In this document: positions 22,317 to 34,423 of the stretch, piece by piece | Numbering within the stretch: the first letter of the stretch is position 1 | How the letters are laid out: each line of letters begins with the position of its first letter | The notes under the pieces: generated by a model | The model's input: the letters and a program-made list of their open reading frames with translations, nothing else | Databases searched by the model: none | What the model was told of the DNA's origin: nothing | Made by a program: the position numbers and the translations under genes | From: Eledone cirrhosa | Lineage: Eukaryota | DNA length: 64,000 nt | NCBI GenBank assembly: GCA_964016885.1 | Contig: CAXHJY010001116.1 | Location: 12,007 to 76,006 of the forward strand | Reading direction: 5' to 3'

Positions 22317-22566
22317 AATAAAATTTCCAGATTCAAGCTAACAAAATTGTAATTTTTTTATCTTTTTTTTTTTTTTTTTTTTTTTTTCTAAAATACTATT
22401 AAAAATAAAATTGCAAAACATAGTTTTATAAACGTTGGTGTACATTTAGGTGATTGATTACGATTCTTCCGGAAGGAAATACGAACAGACGACAAAATGT
22501 ACACTTTATTGAAATATTGAAGTTTTAGTTTTGCAATTGAATAAACTTAGAGAGAAGGATAATAAA
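22317..22566 (+). terminator. Candidate polyadenylation signals in the CCK/SK 3' UTR
   Basis: AATAAA at 22317, 22404, 22540 and 22561, with T-rich tracts downstream. The site actually used cannot be determined. Confidence 0.4.
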
Positions 22567-22920
22567 ACGAAATATGTCTTTTTCTCGTTACTGTTTCCTC
22601 CTCTCTCCAAAGTTTGTCAGAAATGATAAGTGGCAACAATTTCGGCTTTTGCCCTTCCCATTAAATATTATTTTTTTTTTTTAGTACAACTCAAATAAGG
22701 AGGCAGCTATGCCAATTAAAGGATTTAACGAATTATAATTAGTTACAGTAATTATCTTCATGAATATTTTTTGTCATATTTTTTTCAGATATCACACATT
22801 TTATTTGTGTAACAATACTAAATTGTGCAAAACATTAAATTATTTTGAAAACAAAATGAATAATAAATGATGAACAATCAAAAAAAAACTCCGTTTTAAC
22901 TCTTCTATGGTGTATATTAT

Positions 22921-23245
22921 TGGCGACTAATTGGCAGAGTCGTTAGAACGTCGGATAAAATGCTTTGCGGTATTCTATCCAGCTTTCTGCTCTCGGAGCT
23001 GAAATCTTGCTGAGGTCAACTTTGCCTATCATCCTTTCCAAGTGGATAAATAAAAATACCAGTCTACTACTGGGGTCGACGCTTTCTCTATATCTCTTTC
23101 TCATATTTTCTTTAACACTTTCTCTTTCCTTCTCTCAAAGAAATCGGTTGCGTTCACACACGGAGAGGGATGAATTCCCGCTCACTCCTCCGAGGTTTTT
23201 AGATCCCAAGACGTCGTGACGTCGCCCCTACGATTCCCTCAGGAA
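22921..23245 (+). mobile_element. SINE A2 (older variant)
   Basis: TGGCAGAGTCGTTAGAACGTCGG head, degenerate core, CT linker and CCCTACGATTCC tail. Confidence 0.65.
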
Positions 23246-23251
23246 ACATGC

Positions 23252-23299
<48 letters not shown>

Positions 23300-23303
<4 letters not shown>

Positions 23304-23510
23304 AAAGATTGAACGGGAACAAAACATAGAGGCAGTACGAACAAAGGTTTATTAGTTTCACGCTCTTGAGGGTGGGTGGTGGCGGGGAACGACGTTTCGG
23401 GCATAAGCCCTTCTTCAGGTGAAAAGTGTGTGGGAAGAGAGTTCCAAGGGTATGTAGGGGAGTGGTGGAGAGACATATAAAAAAAAGGGGGTGAGAGGAA
23501 ACGGTACAAA
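23300..23510 (-). mobile_element. Penelope-like terminal fragment with minimal hammerhead core (23391-23418)
   Basis: Minus strand CUGAAGA-A-GGGC UUAU GCCC-GAAAC-GUC. Runs into a (TA)n tract. Stem I is only ~2 bp. Confidence 0.65.
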
Positions 23511-23778
23511 TGAAATTAAATATAAAGGCATGATATATATATACACACGCGGTGTATTACTACGGTTGATATCCAAAAGCTTTAGGATAAAATTGTGAAA
23601 CTTGTCAGCTTAGAGTACCTATCCAGTTGACTAATGAAGGCATCAAGAATACCTATAAGAAATTCTTAGGCTTAGAAGAAATATATAGAACATACCTAAG
23701 TATAAATAAGTCTACAAAGTTTTGAATATTTTTCAAGATATTCAATTTGGAGTAAAGCTGTATAATTTGTCACCGTGG

Positions 23779-24122
23779 GGAGGCACATGGCTTAGTGGTT
23801 AGAGCATTGGCCTTGCAATCGAAAGGTTGTGAGTTCAATTCTCAGACCGGGTGATGTGTTGTTTCCTTGAGCAAGACACTTTATTTCACATTGTTCCAGT
23901 TTACTCAGCTGTAGAAATGAGATGATAGGGACTGGGGTCCCTATCATTCCACTGCAAAGTGGTCGTGGAGGTGCCACGGCAAAAAAGCACCCAGCACTCA
24001 CTGTAAATGAGGTTGGTGTTAGGAAGGGCATCCAGCTGTAGAAATCAAGCCAGAATCAGTTCCCGTCCCACCCTTGCAAGCAAGGAAAAGCGGACGTAAA
24101 ATGAAATGATGATGATGATGAA
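23779..24122 (+). mobile_element. SINE family B (tRNA head, CORE-like segment, RTE-derived tail), full length
   Basis: GGAGGCACATGGCTTAGTGGTTAGAGC head, CTTGAGCAAGACACTTTATTTCAC segment and tail CCCACCCTTGCAAGCAAGGAAAAGCGGACG-(ATG)n. Near-identical copies at 43966, 48247 and 60775. Confidence 0.9.
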
Positions 24123-24206
24123 ATGACGATGTAGTTCACCATCGAAACGTTAACGGTGCAAATTTGGAAATTGCTATAGACTAATATGCCGAAGTATATA
24201 GTAATA

Positions 24207-24545
24207 AGAGGGTCGGCTGAAAAATTCATTGGCTGACCAAGATACTCTCATAGAATGACCATATGAGGCTTATTCTTTTATAGTGCCTAAAAATAAACAA
24301 TGCAGTTATTAATGGGGAGAGTTGAAATTAATGGATGCAAGATTTCACAGCTCTAGCATCACGCCTTCATCGCCTAACCAAGATACTCTCATGGAATGAC
24401 CAAATGAAGTTTATTTTTCAACATAGTCCCTAAAAAGAAACAATGCAGTTATAAATAAGAACAGTTGAAATTGAGGCATGTAAAATTTCACAGGGCTAGC
24501 ATAACTCCTTCATAGTCAGCCTATGAACTTTTCAACCGACCCTCG
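24207..24545. mobile_element. Mariner-type MITE with an internal ~140-bp duplication
   Basis: TIRs GAGGGTCGGCTGAAAAATTCATTGGCTGAC and GTCAGCCTATGAACTTTTCAACCGACCCTCG with TA flanks. CCAAGATACTCTCAT occurs twice inside. Fragments of the same family lie at 12004-12175. Confidence 0.75.
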
Positions 24546-24943
24546 TATGCATACATTTTATATATCTGGTGAAGATTTTTTATTCATTTTTATTGAATTA
24601 AGTTCTCGACATAATTCAAAATGTTAAGTATTAAACGGACCAACGGAACACATCAATTTCAACTGTTCTTATTATTCTTATATAAAAAGTTAAAACTGGG
24701 TTTCATTGATTTGGTAAAGAAGTTTGTTTTTATCGTTGTCTAGGTAAGTCATAGATCTACTTGAGAATTTACAAAAGGAACTGTGTTTCGCTGGCCATTA
24801 TAACTAACCACAGACTCACTTACCCCGTCTATAGTTCTCTTGTCAAAGATATCTCTACCAAATTCATGGAATCTTCCTTGCCTCCACTTCTCAACGATGT
24901 ATACACACATGAACACAGCACATGATTACTATTAGTATAATAA

Positions 24944-25336
24944 GGGTGGTGGATTGGCAGTATCGGTAGAGAGTAGGACACCATGCTTTGCAGCATAGAG
25001 TTACGGCCCTTTATGGTTTGAGTTCAAATCCTGCCGAGGTTAACTTTGCCTTTCATTCTTACGGGGTCGATAAAATAAAGTACGAGTAATGTACTAAGGT
25101 CAATTTAATCGACTTTCCCCGCTTCCCAAATTACTGGCCTTGTGACTTGGTTTGGCAGTATCGGTAGAGGGTCGGACAACAGGCTTTGCAGCACAGAGTT
25201 ACGCCCCTTTCTGATCTGAGTTCAAATCCTGCCGAGGTTAACTTTGCCTTTCATCCTTACAGGGTCGATAAAATAAAGTACCAGTAATGCACTGGGATAA
25301 TTGCTGGCCTTGTGCCAAAAGTAGAAACAATTATTA
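24944..25336 (+). mobile_element. SINE A dimer
   Basis: Two head-to-tail copies. TATTAGT(A/C)TAATAA flanks both sides of the pair. Confidence 0.85.
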
Positions 25337-25379
25337 GTCTAATAAACTAAAGATACTGTCAATGGTGTTTAAGAATAGA

Positions 25380-25560
25380 AATAAACATACACGTACACCA
25401 GGTCCGAACACAGAGGAGCCGAACTCCCTACTGTCATCGCCTGCGTCTCTCTCGCCTTCCCCATTCTCACTATTATGAGCAAATGGGGTCCCACACGCTG
25501 GCCGCCCCACGGCCCTGGTGAACAGAATAGAGAAGGCGTTTCCCCGGAGAATGGTGAGGA
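25380..25560 (-). mobile_element. CRE-like non-LTR retrotransposon extreme 3' end
   Basis: Minus strand encodes LTILRGNAFSIL and is homologous to 59150-59240. Confidence 0.65.
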
Positions 25561-26264
25561 AAATGTGTTTAGTTTTAATCGCCGCATGTCATTTGCCATT
25601 GCTGTTGTTCAATTCTCCTTGCATAGATATGATATAAGGTGTTCCAACCACGACTATCCTTCCTTAGTGTTTCTACGACTATATTACCCATTGTTTCCGT
25701 TCTTTTTTAAAGAGGTAGGAAGCAATTAGGGAGTGATTTGGATGATATTTCGTACAGATGGAGCAACCACGTGGAGAGCTACTCGATGGAGCATCGAACG
25801 AAACCTTTCGGGAGACAGTGTATAGGGAAGATGCACAACATCAACATCAACCACCATAAGTATAAACAACAACAAAAGCAGCCCCCATCTTACGTATACA
25901 CGACAAAAATAGCAGCCACGATCTTGAGCATAAACAATGCAGCCTGGCATCTTGTTCAGAAACAACAAGAGCAATGAACGTTTTACGTATCTCATGTCAC
26001 CAATGCTTACACAGAATGAATGTCCATGCTTTATGTGTAAATAGAATGAGGTGGCATCCATATATTACTGGCACTAGTTATATTTGATTATTCAAACGGA
26101 AGAAAGCCAAATTAGGTTGTCATTAAAGGATCTTTGCCTTAGTTCATTTTTCGTTTCACACAGGGAAGTCATAAGATCTTCCATTTACTTTTCTCTTGAA
26201 TTAAGATCTTCCATTTACTTTTCTCTTGAATTAAACAGCGTAAAAATAATTGTTGCTACTTTTT

Positions 26265-26433
26265 TAGCACAAGGCCAGCAATTACTCCAGTGCATTGCTG
26301 GTACTTTATTTTTATCGATGAAAGGATGAAAGGCAAAGTTAACCTCGGCAAAATTTGAACTCGGATCATAAAGGGGCGTAACTCTTTGCTGCAAAGCAAG
26401 GCGTCCGACCCTCTACCGATACTGCCAATTTGC
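26265..26433 (-). mobile_element. SINE family A
   Basis: Reverse-complement match to the A consensus. Confidence 0.85.
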
Positions 26434-26921
26434 CGTATAACCTCCATGGCAAACAGCGAATCTAGTATTACGTTGCTATAAGTTTTGCATATATGTACAC
26501 ACACACATAGAGAGAGAGAGAGAGCGGGAGAGGGAGAGAGAGGTGTGTGTATGAATCTACTGATTACAGGTACATGTGTGTTTGTGATGTATGTGTGTGT
26601 GAGTAAAATTCGAAAGAAATTGGCTCCAGGGTCATAATATAATGAAAAGAAGTAAAATATAATGCTCTATTTGAAGTGAGGATAACGGCTGGTGTGCTTT
26701 TCCCCATCGGTATGAATCAGTAGGGTTCAAATGAGATTAAAATAATATGTAAACGGTTATGATACCGAAGTAACGTTTGAAACGAAGACTTCTATATATA
26801 GAAATAAACCAGTGCTTGTTATTTTAGTCTTGCAATCAAGTATTATGCTATTTATTTCACTGAACCACAACTCCTGTTTTTTTCAACAGTGATAAGTAAT
26901 TTATTATATTATTTTATATAA

Positions 26922-27150
26922 CGGTTTCTAAATTAGACACAAGACTAACGATTTGGGAGAGGGAATTAAGTCGATTAAATCAACCCCAGTACTGGACTTA
27001 CTTAGAATTGAACTTTATTTCATTGACCCTGGGAAGATGAAAGACAAAAGTTAACTTCGAGAGGATTTGAACTCAAAATGTGAAGAGGCGGATCAACAAC
27101 TCCCGCAAAGCGTTTTGTCCGTCGCTTAACGATTCTACCAATCCACTCCC
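26922..27150 (-). mobile_element. Degenerate SINE family A
   Basis: AAGTCGATTAAATCAACCCCAGTA...ATTTGAACTCA...CCAATCCAC. Confidence 0.65.
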
Positions 27151-27183
27151 CTGTTATGCTGATATATGATATATAATCTAAAA

Positions 27184-27459
27184 CCTGTCTCCAACCCAGA
27201 GGCTCATCAGGTCGGTGCTTATCTCGGTTTCCGTGGCGTTAATAACTGAAAGTATAAGACCCACCACTGGATAAAACGCCAGTCCATCGTAGGGTTAAAC
27301 ACAGTTGTTGCTGGTAGTCATTTTTAGCTGAATATACAGGAGCAACGTGAAATGAAGTGCTTTGTTGAAGAACGCAACACACAGCCCAGTCTAGGAATCG
27401 AACTCACGACATTATGATCTTAATTCCAACACTCTAATCACTAGGCTACGCACCTCCAC
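27184..27459 (-). mobile_element. SINE family C
   Basis: Homologous to 13135-13399. Confidence 0.8.
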
Positions 27460-27680
27460 TTATATGATATATAGAGGCCCTATTTTGTTGCTCCGCCTGC
27501 AAGAAATATCAGTCAAGTATCTGAAGCAAGGCATCACAACCTACTGGCTTAAATAGAGAAGGATATACAAGACAATTTTGCTGTTTATATTAAAAAACGA
27601 TGAGATGGTAAAGGCTAGAGTGTCTTTGGTGATAGGCTTCTTTAATCACAGTTCACTTGTGGCTAAACAACAAAATAACT

Positions 27681-29320
27681 AGTCCAGGGAAAGAGAAGCA
27701 GTTGTAGAACCGAACAAGAGACAAACAGAAGAAGGCTTTATGTTGGGCCTGGTAGATGGGATATACAGGTAGCCAGTCCAGGGGAAGAGAAGCAGTTGTA
27801 GAACCGAACAAGAGACAAACAGAAGAAGGCTTTATGTTGGGCCTGGTAGATGGGATATACAGGTAGCCAGTCCAGGGGAAGAGAAACAGTTGTAGAACCG
27901 AACAAGAGACAAACAGAAGAAGGCTTTATATTGGGCCTGGTAGATGGGATATACAGGTAGCCAGTCCAGGGAAAGAGAAGCAGTTGTAGAACCGAACAAG
28001 AGACAAACAGAAGAAGGCTTTATGTTGGGCCTGGTAGATGGGATATACAGGTAGCCAGTCCAGGGGAAGAGAAACAGTTGTAGAACCGAACAAGAGACAA
28101 ACAGAAGAAGGCTTTATGTTGGGCCTGGTAGATGGGATATACAGGTAGCCAGTCCAGGGAAAGAGAAGCAGTTGTAGAACCGAACAAGAGACAAACAGAA
28201 GAAGGCTTTATGTTGGGCCTGGTAGATGGGATATACAGGTAGCCAGTCCAGGGGAAGAGAAACAGTTGTAGAACCGAACAAGAGACAAACAGAAGAAGGC
28301 TTTATGTTGGGCCTGGTAGATGGGATATACAGGTAGCCAGTCCAGGGGAAGAGAAACAGTTGTAGAACCGAACAAGAGACAAACAGAAGAAGGCTTTATG
28401 TTGGGCCTGGTAGATGGGATATACAGGTAGCCAGTCCAGGGAAAGAGAAGCAGTTGTAGAACCGAACAAGAGACAAACAGAAGAAGGCTTTATGTTGGGC
28501 CTGGTAGATGGGATATACAGGTAGCCAGTCCAGGGGAAGAGAAACAGTTGTAGAACCGAACAAGAGACAAACAGAAGAAGGCTTTATGTTGGGCCTGGTA
28601 GATGGGATATACAGGTAGCCAGTCCAGGGAAAGAGAAGCAGTTGTAGAACCGAACAAGAGACAAACAGAAGAAGGCTTTATGTTGGGCCTGGTAGATGGG
28701 ATATACAGGTAGCCAGTCCAGGGGAAGAGAAACAGTTGTAGAACCGAACAAGAGACAAACAGAAGAAGGCTTTATGTTGGGCCTGGTAGATGGGATATAC
28801 AGGTAGCCAGTCCAGGGAAAGAGAAGCAGTTGTAGAACCGAACAAGAGACAAACAGAAGAAGGCTTTATGTTGGGCCTGGTAGATGGGATATACAGGTAG
28901 CCAGTCCAGGGGAAGAGAAACAGTTGTAGAACCGGCAAAGAGACAAACAGAAGAAGGCTTTATGTTGGGCCTGGTAGATGGGATATACAGGTAGCCAGTC
29001 CAGGGGAAGAGAAACAGTTGTAGAACCGAACAAGAGACAAACAGAAGAAGGCTTTATGTTGGGCCTGGTAGATGGGATATACAGGTAGCCAGTCCAGGGA
29101 AAGAGAAGCAGTTGTAGAACCGAACAAGAGACAAACAGAAGAAGGCTTTATGTTGGGCCTGGTAGATGGGATATACAGGTAGCCAGTCCAGGGGAAGAGA
29201 AACAGTTGTAGAACCGAACAAGAGACAAACAGAAGAAGGCTTTATGTTGGGCCTGGTAGATGGGATATACAGGTAGCCAGTCCAGGGGAAGAGAAACAGT
29301 TGTAGAACCGGCAAAGAGAC
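27681..29320. repeat. 94-bp tandem array, ~17 copies, derived from LINE coding sequence
   Basis: AGTCCAGGG(A/G)AAGAGAA(G/A)CAGTTGTAGAACC... repeats with period 94 (27681, 27775, ...) and continues without a break into the LINE remnant on its right. Confidence 0.95.
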
Positions 29321-29900
29321 ACACGGAGAGAGAGTGGGAAAGGACACCGCTCTGAGGTAGCGTCTGAAGATTGTTAGTGAGTAATGTCTCAACTGGTCGA
29401 ATTGATACATCATAGTGTGGTTGGATGTGTCCCATATATAAAAATTATTCCTATGTGGGTCACAATGTCTACTACTGATCAACGATGAAGTATTTGCTAG
29501 CTCTAAAGAGAAGGTTTAGTCTCATGGACAAAGAAAGTGGGGACCGGCCGATGAGTTGGGATTACAGCAGTGACTGAATACCCTCTTCAGCTGTCCATGG
29601 AGACTGCTTATAAAGCCACTTTTACTGAGGGTTTGTTTAAATCGAGTAGACCATTTCGCACATATAATGCTTTTTTGGTTGTTAGTTTAAGCTATAAATC
29701 ACTGGTGCGTTAACAGAGAGAGAGAGGACTATTGCTGTCGAAATCCAAACACAATATTGAAGCTTATCTGACTAATCTCAGCTTTTCTATCCAAGAACAT
29801 ATTGTATAAAAATTGAATCGACCTCATTCGCTTACCGGGTGGAACTCGTCAAATTCGACCAAAGAAACTATGTTTCTATTGGTCTTTCCATTGCTGATAC
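29321..29900 (-). mobile_element. Decayed L2/Crack/CR1-like LINE ORF2 C-terminal region
   Basis: Minus-strand pieces PHRNNFYIW, LTNNLQTLPQ and SLVRFYNCFSSPGLATCI resemble the thumb and C-terminal region of APE-type LINEs (LQxLxxRRxxxSLxLFYRxYxxxxSxEL). Confidence 0.55.
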
Positions 29901-30189
29901 TATCTGTCAGAAAGCGCAACATGAAATAAAGTCCGGGAATCGAATCTCAACCTCACAATTGCGAATCTAATCCTCCAACTACTAAGCCACACGCCTTATT
30001 CATTCTATATAAATATAAAGTCTGAAATACGTACATATCAAAACATCTGTCTATTACATTCAACGTTGACTAAACTGTATACATATATTCTATAGTACAA
30101 TGTAGCATTGAAACCAAACACCGTTAACAAACCATTAGTTTACAGGGAATATATTGCAGAATTTGTTGTTAATCATCATTCATGGTAAG

Positions 30190-30352
30190 CGTGGACTGGC
30201 AGTATCGGTAGAGGTTCGGACGCCATGCTTTGACGCATAGTGTTACGGCCCTTGCCATTCTGAGTTCAAATCCCGCCGAGGTCGATAAAATAAAGTACCA
30301 GTAATACACTGGGTAATTTGCTGGCCTTGTGCCAAAAGTAGAAACAATTATT
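30190..30352 (+). mobile_element. SINE family A with internal deletion in the core
   Basis: GCCGAGGT is joined directly to CGATAAAATAAAG (GGT microhomology). Confidence 0.85.
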
Positions 30353-31149
30353 TCTAATAACATCGATTGAGTTTCTGCTCCGTGGTGTTGGAAGGTGTAC
30401 GATGACTAAGAAATGCGACGTACATTGAAGTCAGTGAATACGATGACTGCATATACTGATGACGAATAATAGATATCTTCAATACCTGATGATCCACAGT
30501 CGAATAATTGATGGTGGTTTGTGGAGTTTGATGAAAACAGAAGACATTTGAGACAAAATATCTAGAAGTCTTGTTGCTGAAATTCAGGTACGTTTAATAG
30601 ATTACACAAATGCATAGACTAACGTTTCAGGTCAGAGGTGGAATATTAAAGTCAGCTAACATGGCTGAGCATCTTCAAACCCTGTGTTTGGTGGGGAAGA
30701 AATGGAGACATGATTATGCATCGTTTGCTACGGTAACTTTCCAATGATTTGCTCTGGCGGTCGACTCCGCTAAGAAACATTCTCCACCTGTAACTTCTAA
30801 CAAACAGTAGTGCGATACAATGGAATGTGCAGGAGGAGATAGTAGCGCACCAAGAAATTGTATTACCAACAAACCAAAATAGTGGTCCGAATACTTTCAC
30901 TACGAGGAATGGAACTGAACTAAAGGAAGTGATGGTTACATGGTAAAGCTAAACCGAACAGGACTACCATCTAAAAACATGTTGTTCTTCGGTGACATCA
31001 GAACAAGAGAACTTGTCTTATTCCACTCAGAGTCCTTTCTGCTCTGTGCGATGCTAAAGCTAAGTGTATTCTCCTCTAAGCTATATATCCATGAATTTGA
31101 ATTCAGTTCTCCAAGACGACCAAACACTTTTCATTAATACCATACGTGA

Positions 31150-31388
31150 GGGTGATAGTTTGGCAGGAGAATTGGTAGAGTATCAGACATGTTTTGCGAC
31201 ATATAGTTACGTCCCTTTACGTTCTGAGTTCAAATCCTGTCGAGGTTGGCTTTACCTTTCATCTTTATGAGGTCCATAAAATAAAGTAGCAGTAATGCAC
31301 TAGGGTCGATTTAATCGACTTTCCGCCTCCCCCCCCCCCCCCCCCCAAAAAAACTGTTGGCCTTGTGTCTAAATCAAAAACCATTACT
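31150..31388 (+). mobile_element. SINE family A (older)
   Basis: CTGAGTTCAAATCC B box, core and GGCCTTGTGTCTAAATCA tail. Confidence 0.75.
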
Positions 31389-31799
31389 ACCATAATTTCA
31401 CAGTTTGCAAAAGTTGAGCAATACTACATACGATACTCACATCATCAGATATTCTCTATGTTATCTGTTATAATGCATTTGTGTTCTCTTAATTATTTGT
31501 GACTACGTTCCGGCTGGATCACCTATCTGTGACCAAGCATCTATGATCTTTGCCATTTCTTTCCCTTATTATATTAACTACCACGAACATTTTTATGAAT
31601 TTCATAACTTCATATTATCCTTATGGAATATTTTAGTCTTGTATTAAATTAGGAAATCAATAAATAAAACAATAATTATACAAATAGTTTGACATTATAA
31701 TGCCAATAGCAATATTTTTCCCTTTATCAATCAATTCATTTAAATGATTTTTAAAGATTTCTAAAGATTGCATTTGATCATATCAGCTAATGGTTCTAA

Positions 31800-31972
31800 T
31801 TAATTGTTTCTACATTTGGCACAAGGCCAGCAATTACCCAGTACATTACTGGTACTTTATTTTATCGACCCCGTAAGGATGAAAGGCAAAGTTAACCTCG
31901 GCGAGATTTGAACTCAGACCATAAAGGGACGTAACTATGCTCGAAAGCATGGCGTCCGACCCTCTACCGATA
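31800..31972 (-). mobile_element. SINE family A
   Basis: Reverse-complement match to the A consensus. Confidence 0.85.
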
Positions 31973-32708
31973 AATGATCCCCTAAATATATCCACAAAGT
32001 CTTTTAAGAATTCACAAAATAAAAGAGATGACGCCATTTTTTTTATTATTTGTTTTGCTATTAAAACTTGAAAATAGATTTAACACGACGCGTGTTCCAA
32101 AAAATAATGATTCAAAAGAATTTCTTTAAAAATCAGTAAAGAATGAAAAATGTGCTATTGTTTTCTTCTATCATTTACAAAGTTATCATCGTGTGTCTAT
32201 TAATAAACATAAACTCTGTTACAATAACTTCATTTCTAACAGTTATAACCGGCTTTAAATAAACAACAGGAAACTATTGACAGCTTATCACAGTAAATAG
32301 AGAGATAATTATAGCAAATATGTTTATAACTATTGTAGTTTTATAGATTTTATATTGTTGAAGGTTTTGCAGAGATATTGAACAACTGCTGGCGATTCTA
32401 TCAATTTCTTAATCACACACTATATAAGGTAAAGCGATCCAGTGGGAGTGCATTGTCCATAAACAGGATGCAAAAGAGGAGACAGGTAACGATGAATCTA
32501 TCAACCTCTTCAAACTGAAAATCAAATAACATCATTTGCATAAGAGGTAGCTTCAAGTAAATCACTGAAGATATAAAATAGAAACGATTTGGGTTGATTT
32601 GGCCGGTTTTAAACGTATCGTTCGCTTGTATCAGAAACTTTGGAGCAAAATGGTGATGGTGTGGATTTTCAATATAATATAGACTCTGTTCTATTATAGT
32701 ACGATCAA

Positions 32709-32776
32709 GGCTATTGTGGATTGGCAGTATTGGTAGAGGGTCGGACGCCACGCTGTGCCTAACGTAGAAACAATTA
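32709..32776 (+). mobile_element. Miniature head-plus-tail SINE A with 12-bp TSD
   Basis: GTGGATTGGCAGTATTGGTAGAGGGTCGGACGCCACGC is fused to TGTGCCTAACGTAGAAACAATTAT. ATTATAGTACGA occurs at 32693 and 32773. Confidence 0.75.
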
Positions 32777-33072
32777 TAGTACGACCAGCAATACAGGGAT
32801 TGGTACAAAAGGTTAACAAGATCCTACAGGCAATTGTGAAAGAAGATGACAATATCTTGCTAAGAATTTACTTACATTAAATTAATATTTCAGTCGGCAA
32901 ACATTTCTCAATTGTCGGTAAATCACATTAATCGACAGACAAGTAGATAAATAAACGTATAAAAGATATAAAAGGACAAAGAAACTTCATCTCGCCCACT
33001 TTTTCTCTCTCTCTATCTATCTATCTATCTTTTTCTCTCTCTCTATCTATCTATCTTTTTCTCTCTCTCCCT

Positions 33073-33114
<42 letters not shown>

Positions 33115-33747
33115 ACGTATGTGTCCGTGTATGTATGCAAATATGTATGCAAATATGTGTGCAAGTATGTATGCAAGTATGTGCGACCTTTTTTTGTGTT
33201 TGTTTGTTTTGCTTATTTTATTTTATTTTTGTTGTTGTTTTGTCGCTTATTCTAACATGAAACTTGCTGCGGTATTTCTTAAACTACTTCACGGACCCCT
33301 TATCCGGAGGCAAACACTGAAATCTAAGAAAAGGTCATCGTTTCATTTAAAATCTATGGAGCCTCTAGATGTCTCTTTGTTAGTATTCTATGCAGGTTGA
33401 GAACATTATATATATATATATATGCGTGTGCGTGTGTGTGTGTGTATGAGTGTGTGTGTGTATCGGCATTCTCAATTACATTGCGTCGATAAAATATTAA
33501 AGATATTACATCAATTAAATCTAGCATTTAATGAGAAGAACATACTTTAATTAAAGGAAGGGAAGGAGAGGTACCAGAGTGTTTAAGATGGGCACCTTGC
33601 AGTCATAAAGTGTCAGGTTCGATTCCAGAGCGTAGGAATTGCCATTTATCATAGCCTTGTTAGTAAAATTGGCTAAGTAGAAATCATGCGGGAGACCACT
33701 TGGTGTCTTTGTGTTAAAAATCTCTCTCTAACTCTCTGAAGTATATC

Positions 33748-34023
33748 TCAAACTAGGTGGCTCACCTGGTCACGGCTTATCCCGGTTTCGTGGCGTGAAA
33801 CGACTGACAGTGCAAGACACCCATCCCCTGGATATGACGCCAGTCCTATCAGAGGGTTCAACCTCCAGCTATTGCTGGTACTCATTTTCAGCTGAATATA
33901 CTGGAGCAACGAGAAATGAAGTGTTTTGCTCAAGACCACAACACACAACCCATCCCAGGAATCGAACCCACGACATTATGATCTAAAGTCCAACACCTTT
34001 ACCACTCAGCCATGCACCTCCAC
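33748..34023 (-). mobile_element. SINE family C
   Basis: Homologous to 13135-13399 and 27184-27459. Confidence 0.8.
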
Positions 34024-34423
34024 TATGTTAATAATTAATAAAAAATCTTTCTTCGAAATATGTATATGTTGGGTATCTAGATCTGTAGTAAAACTATAAA
34101 TGACCACAAAATACGACACCACGAAGTTGGAGAAGACATAGAAGACATTTCTATAAAGAAGGACAATAAAATAAATTCCTATTAGTTTTGTTAATTATTC
34201 TGCTGTTGATGTCAGACAAAACGTTGCTACACGTATATTGTCTGCTGACATAAGACACTGGAACTGATTGTCAAATTACGTGTCATGTGATAAATTCTGT
34301 ACATTTGTTGAAATTTTAAATTACATCGTTGGTAATTAATTTACACTTTTATGTACATTGTCTATGCTTTTCTTACACATGCATACATATATATATATAT
34401 AGTTTACTTATATATATATATAT

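Noticed and set aside
21996-22352. Overlapping antisense and alternate-frame ORFs at the CCK/SK locus
   Set aside because: They are shadow ORFs of the real CDS with no independent features.
23779-23850. tRNA genes at SINE heads
   Set aside because: A and B boxes are present, but acceptor-stem pairing is poor and each continues into SINE body sequence.
23922-23947. tet-operator-like TCCCTATCA half-sites suggesting vector contamination
   Set aside because: The arrangement is reversed relative to tetO, and it is an 11-bp hairpin present within the SINE B copies.
23792-24031. Recurrent 70-79 aa ORF MPFLTPTSFTVSAG... (four copies)
   Set aside because: It is the antisense reading of SINE family B, and its conservation reflects the young age of the SINE.
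27681-29320. CRISPR-like regular array
   Set aside because: Units are fully repeated with no unique spacers, the context is eukaryotic and there are no cas genes. The same holds for the 63-, 27- and 84-bp arrays.
30540-31135. Possible further LINE remnants
   Set aside because: There is only faint resemblance to L2-like ORF2 pieces and no diagnostic motif I can support without a search.
32413-32808. 131-aa minus-strand ORF
   Set aside because: It has a non-ATG start, spans a SINE remnant and shows no recognisable domain.
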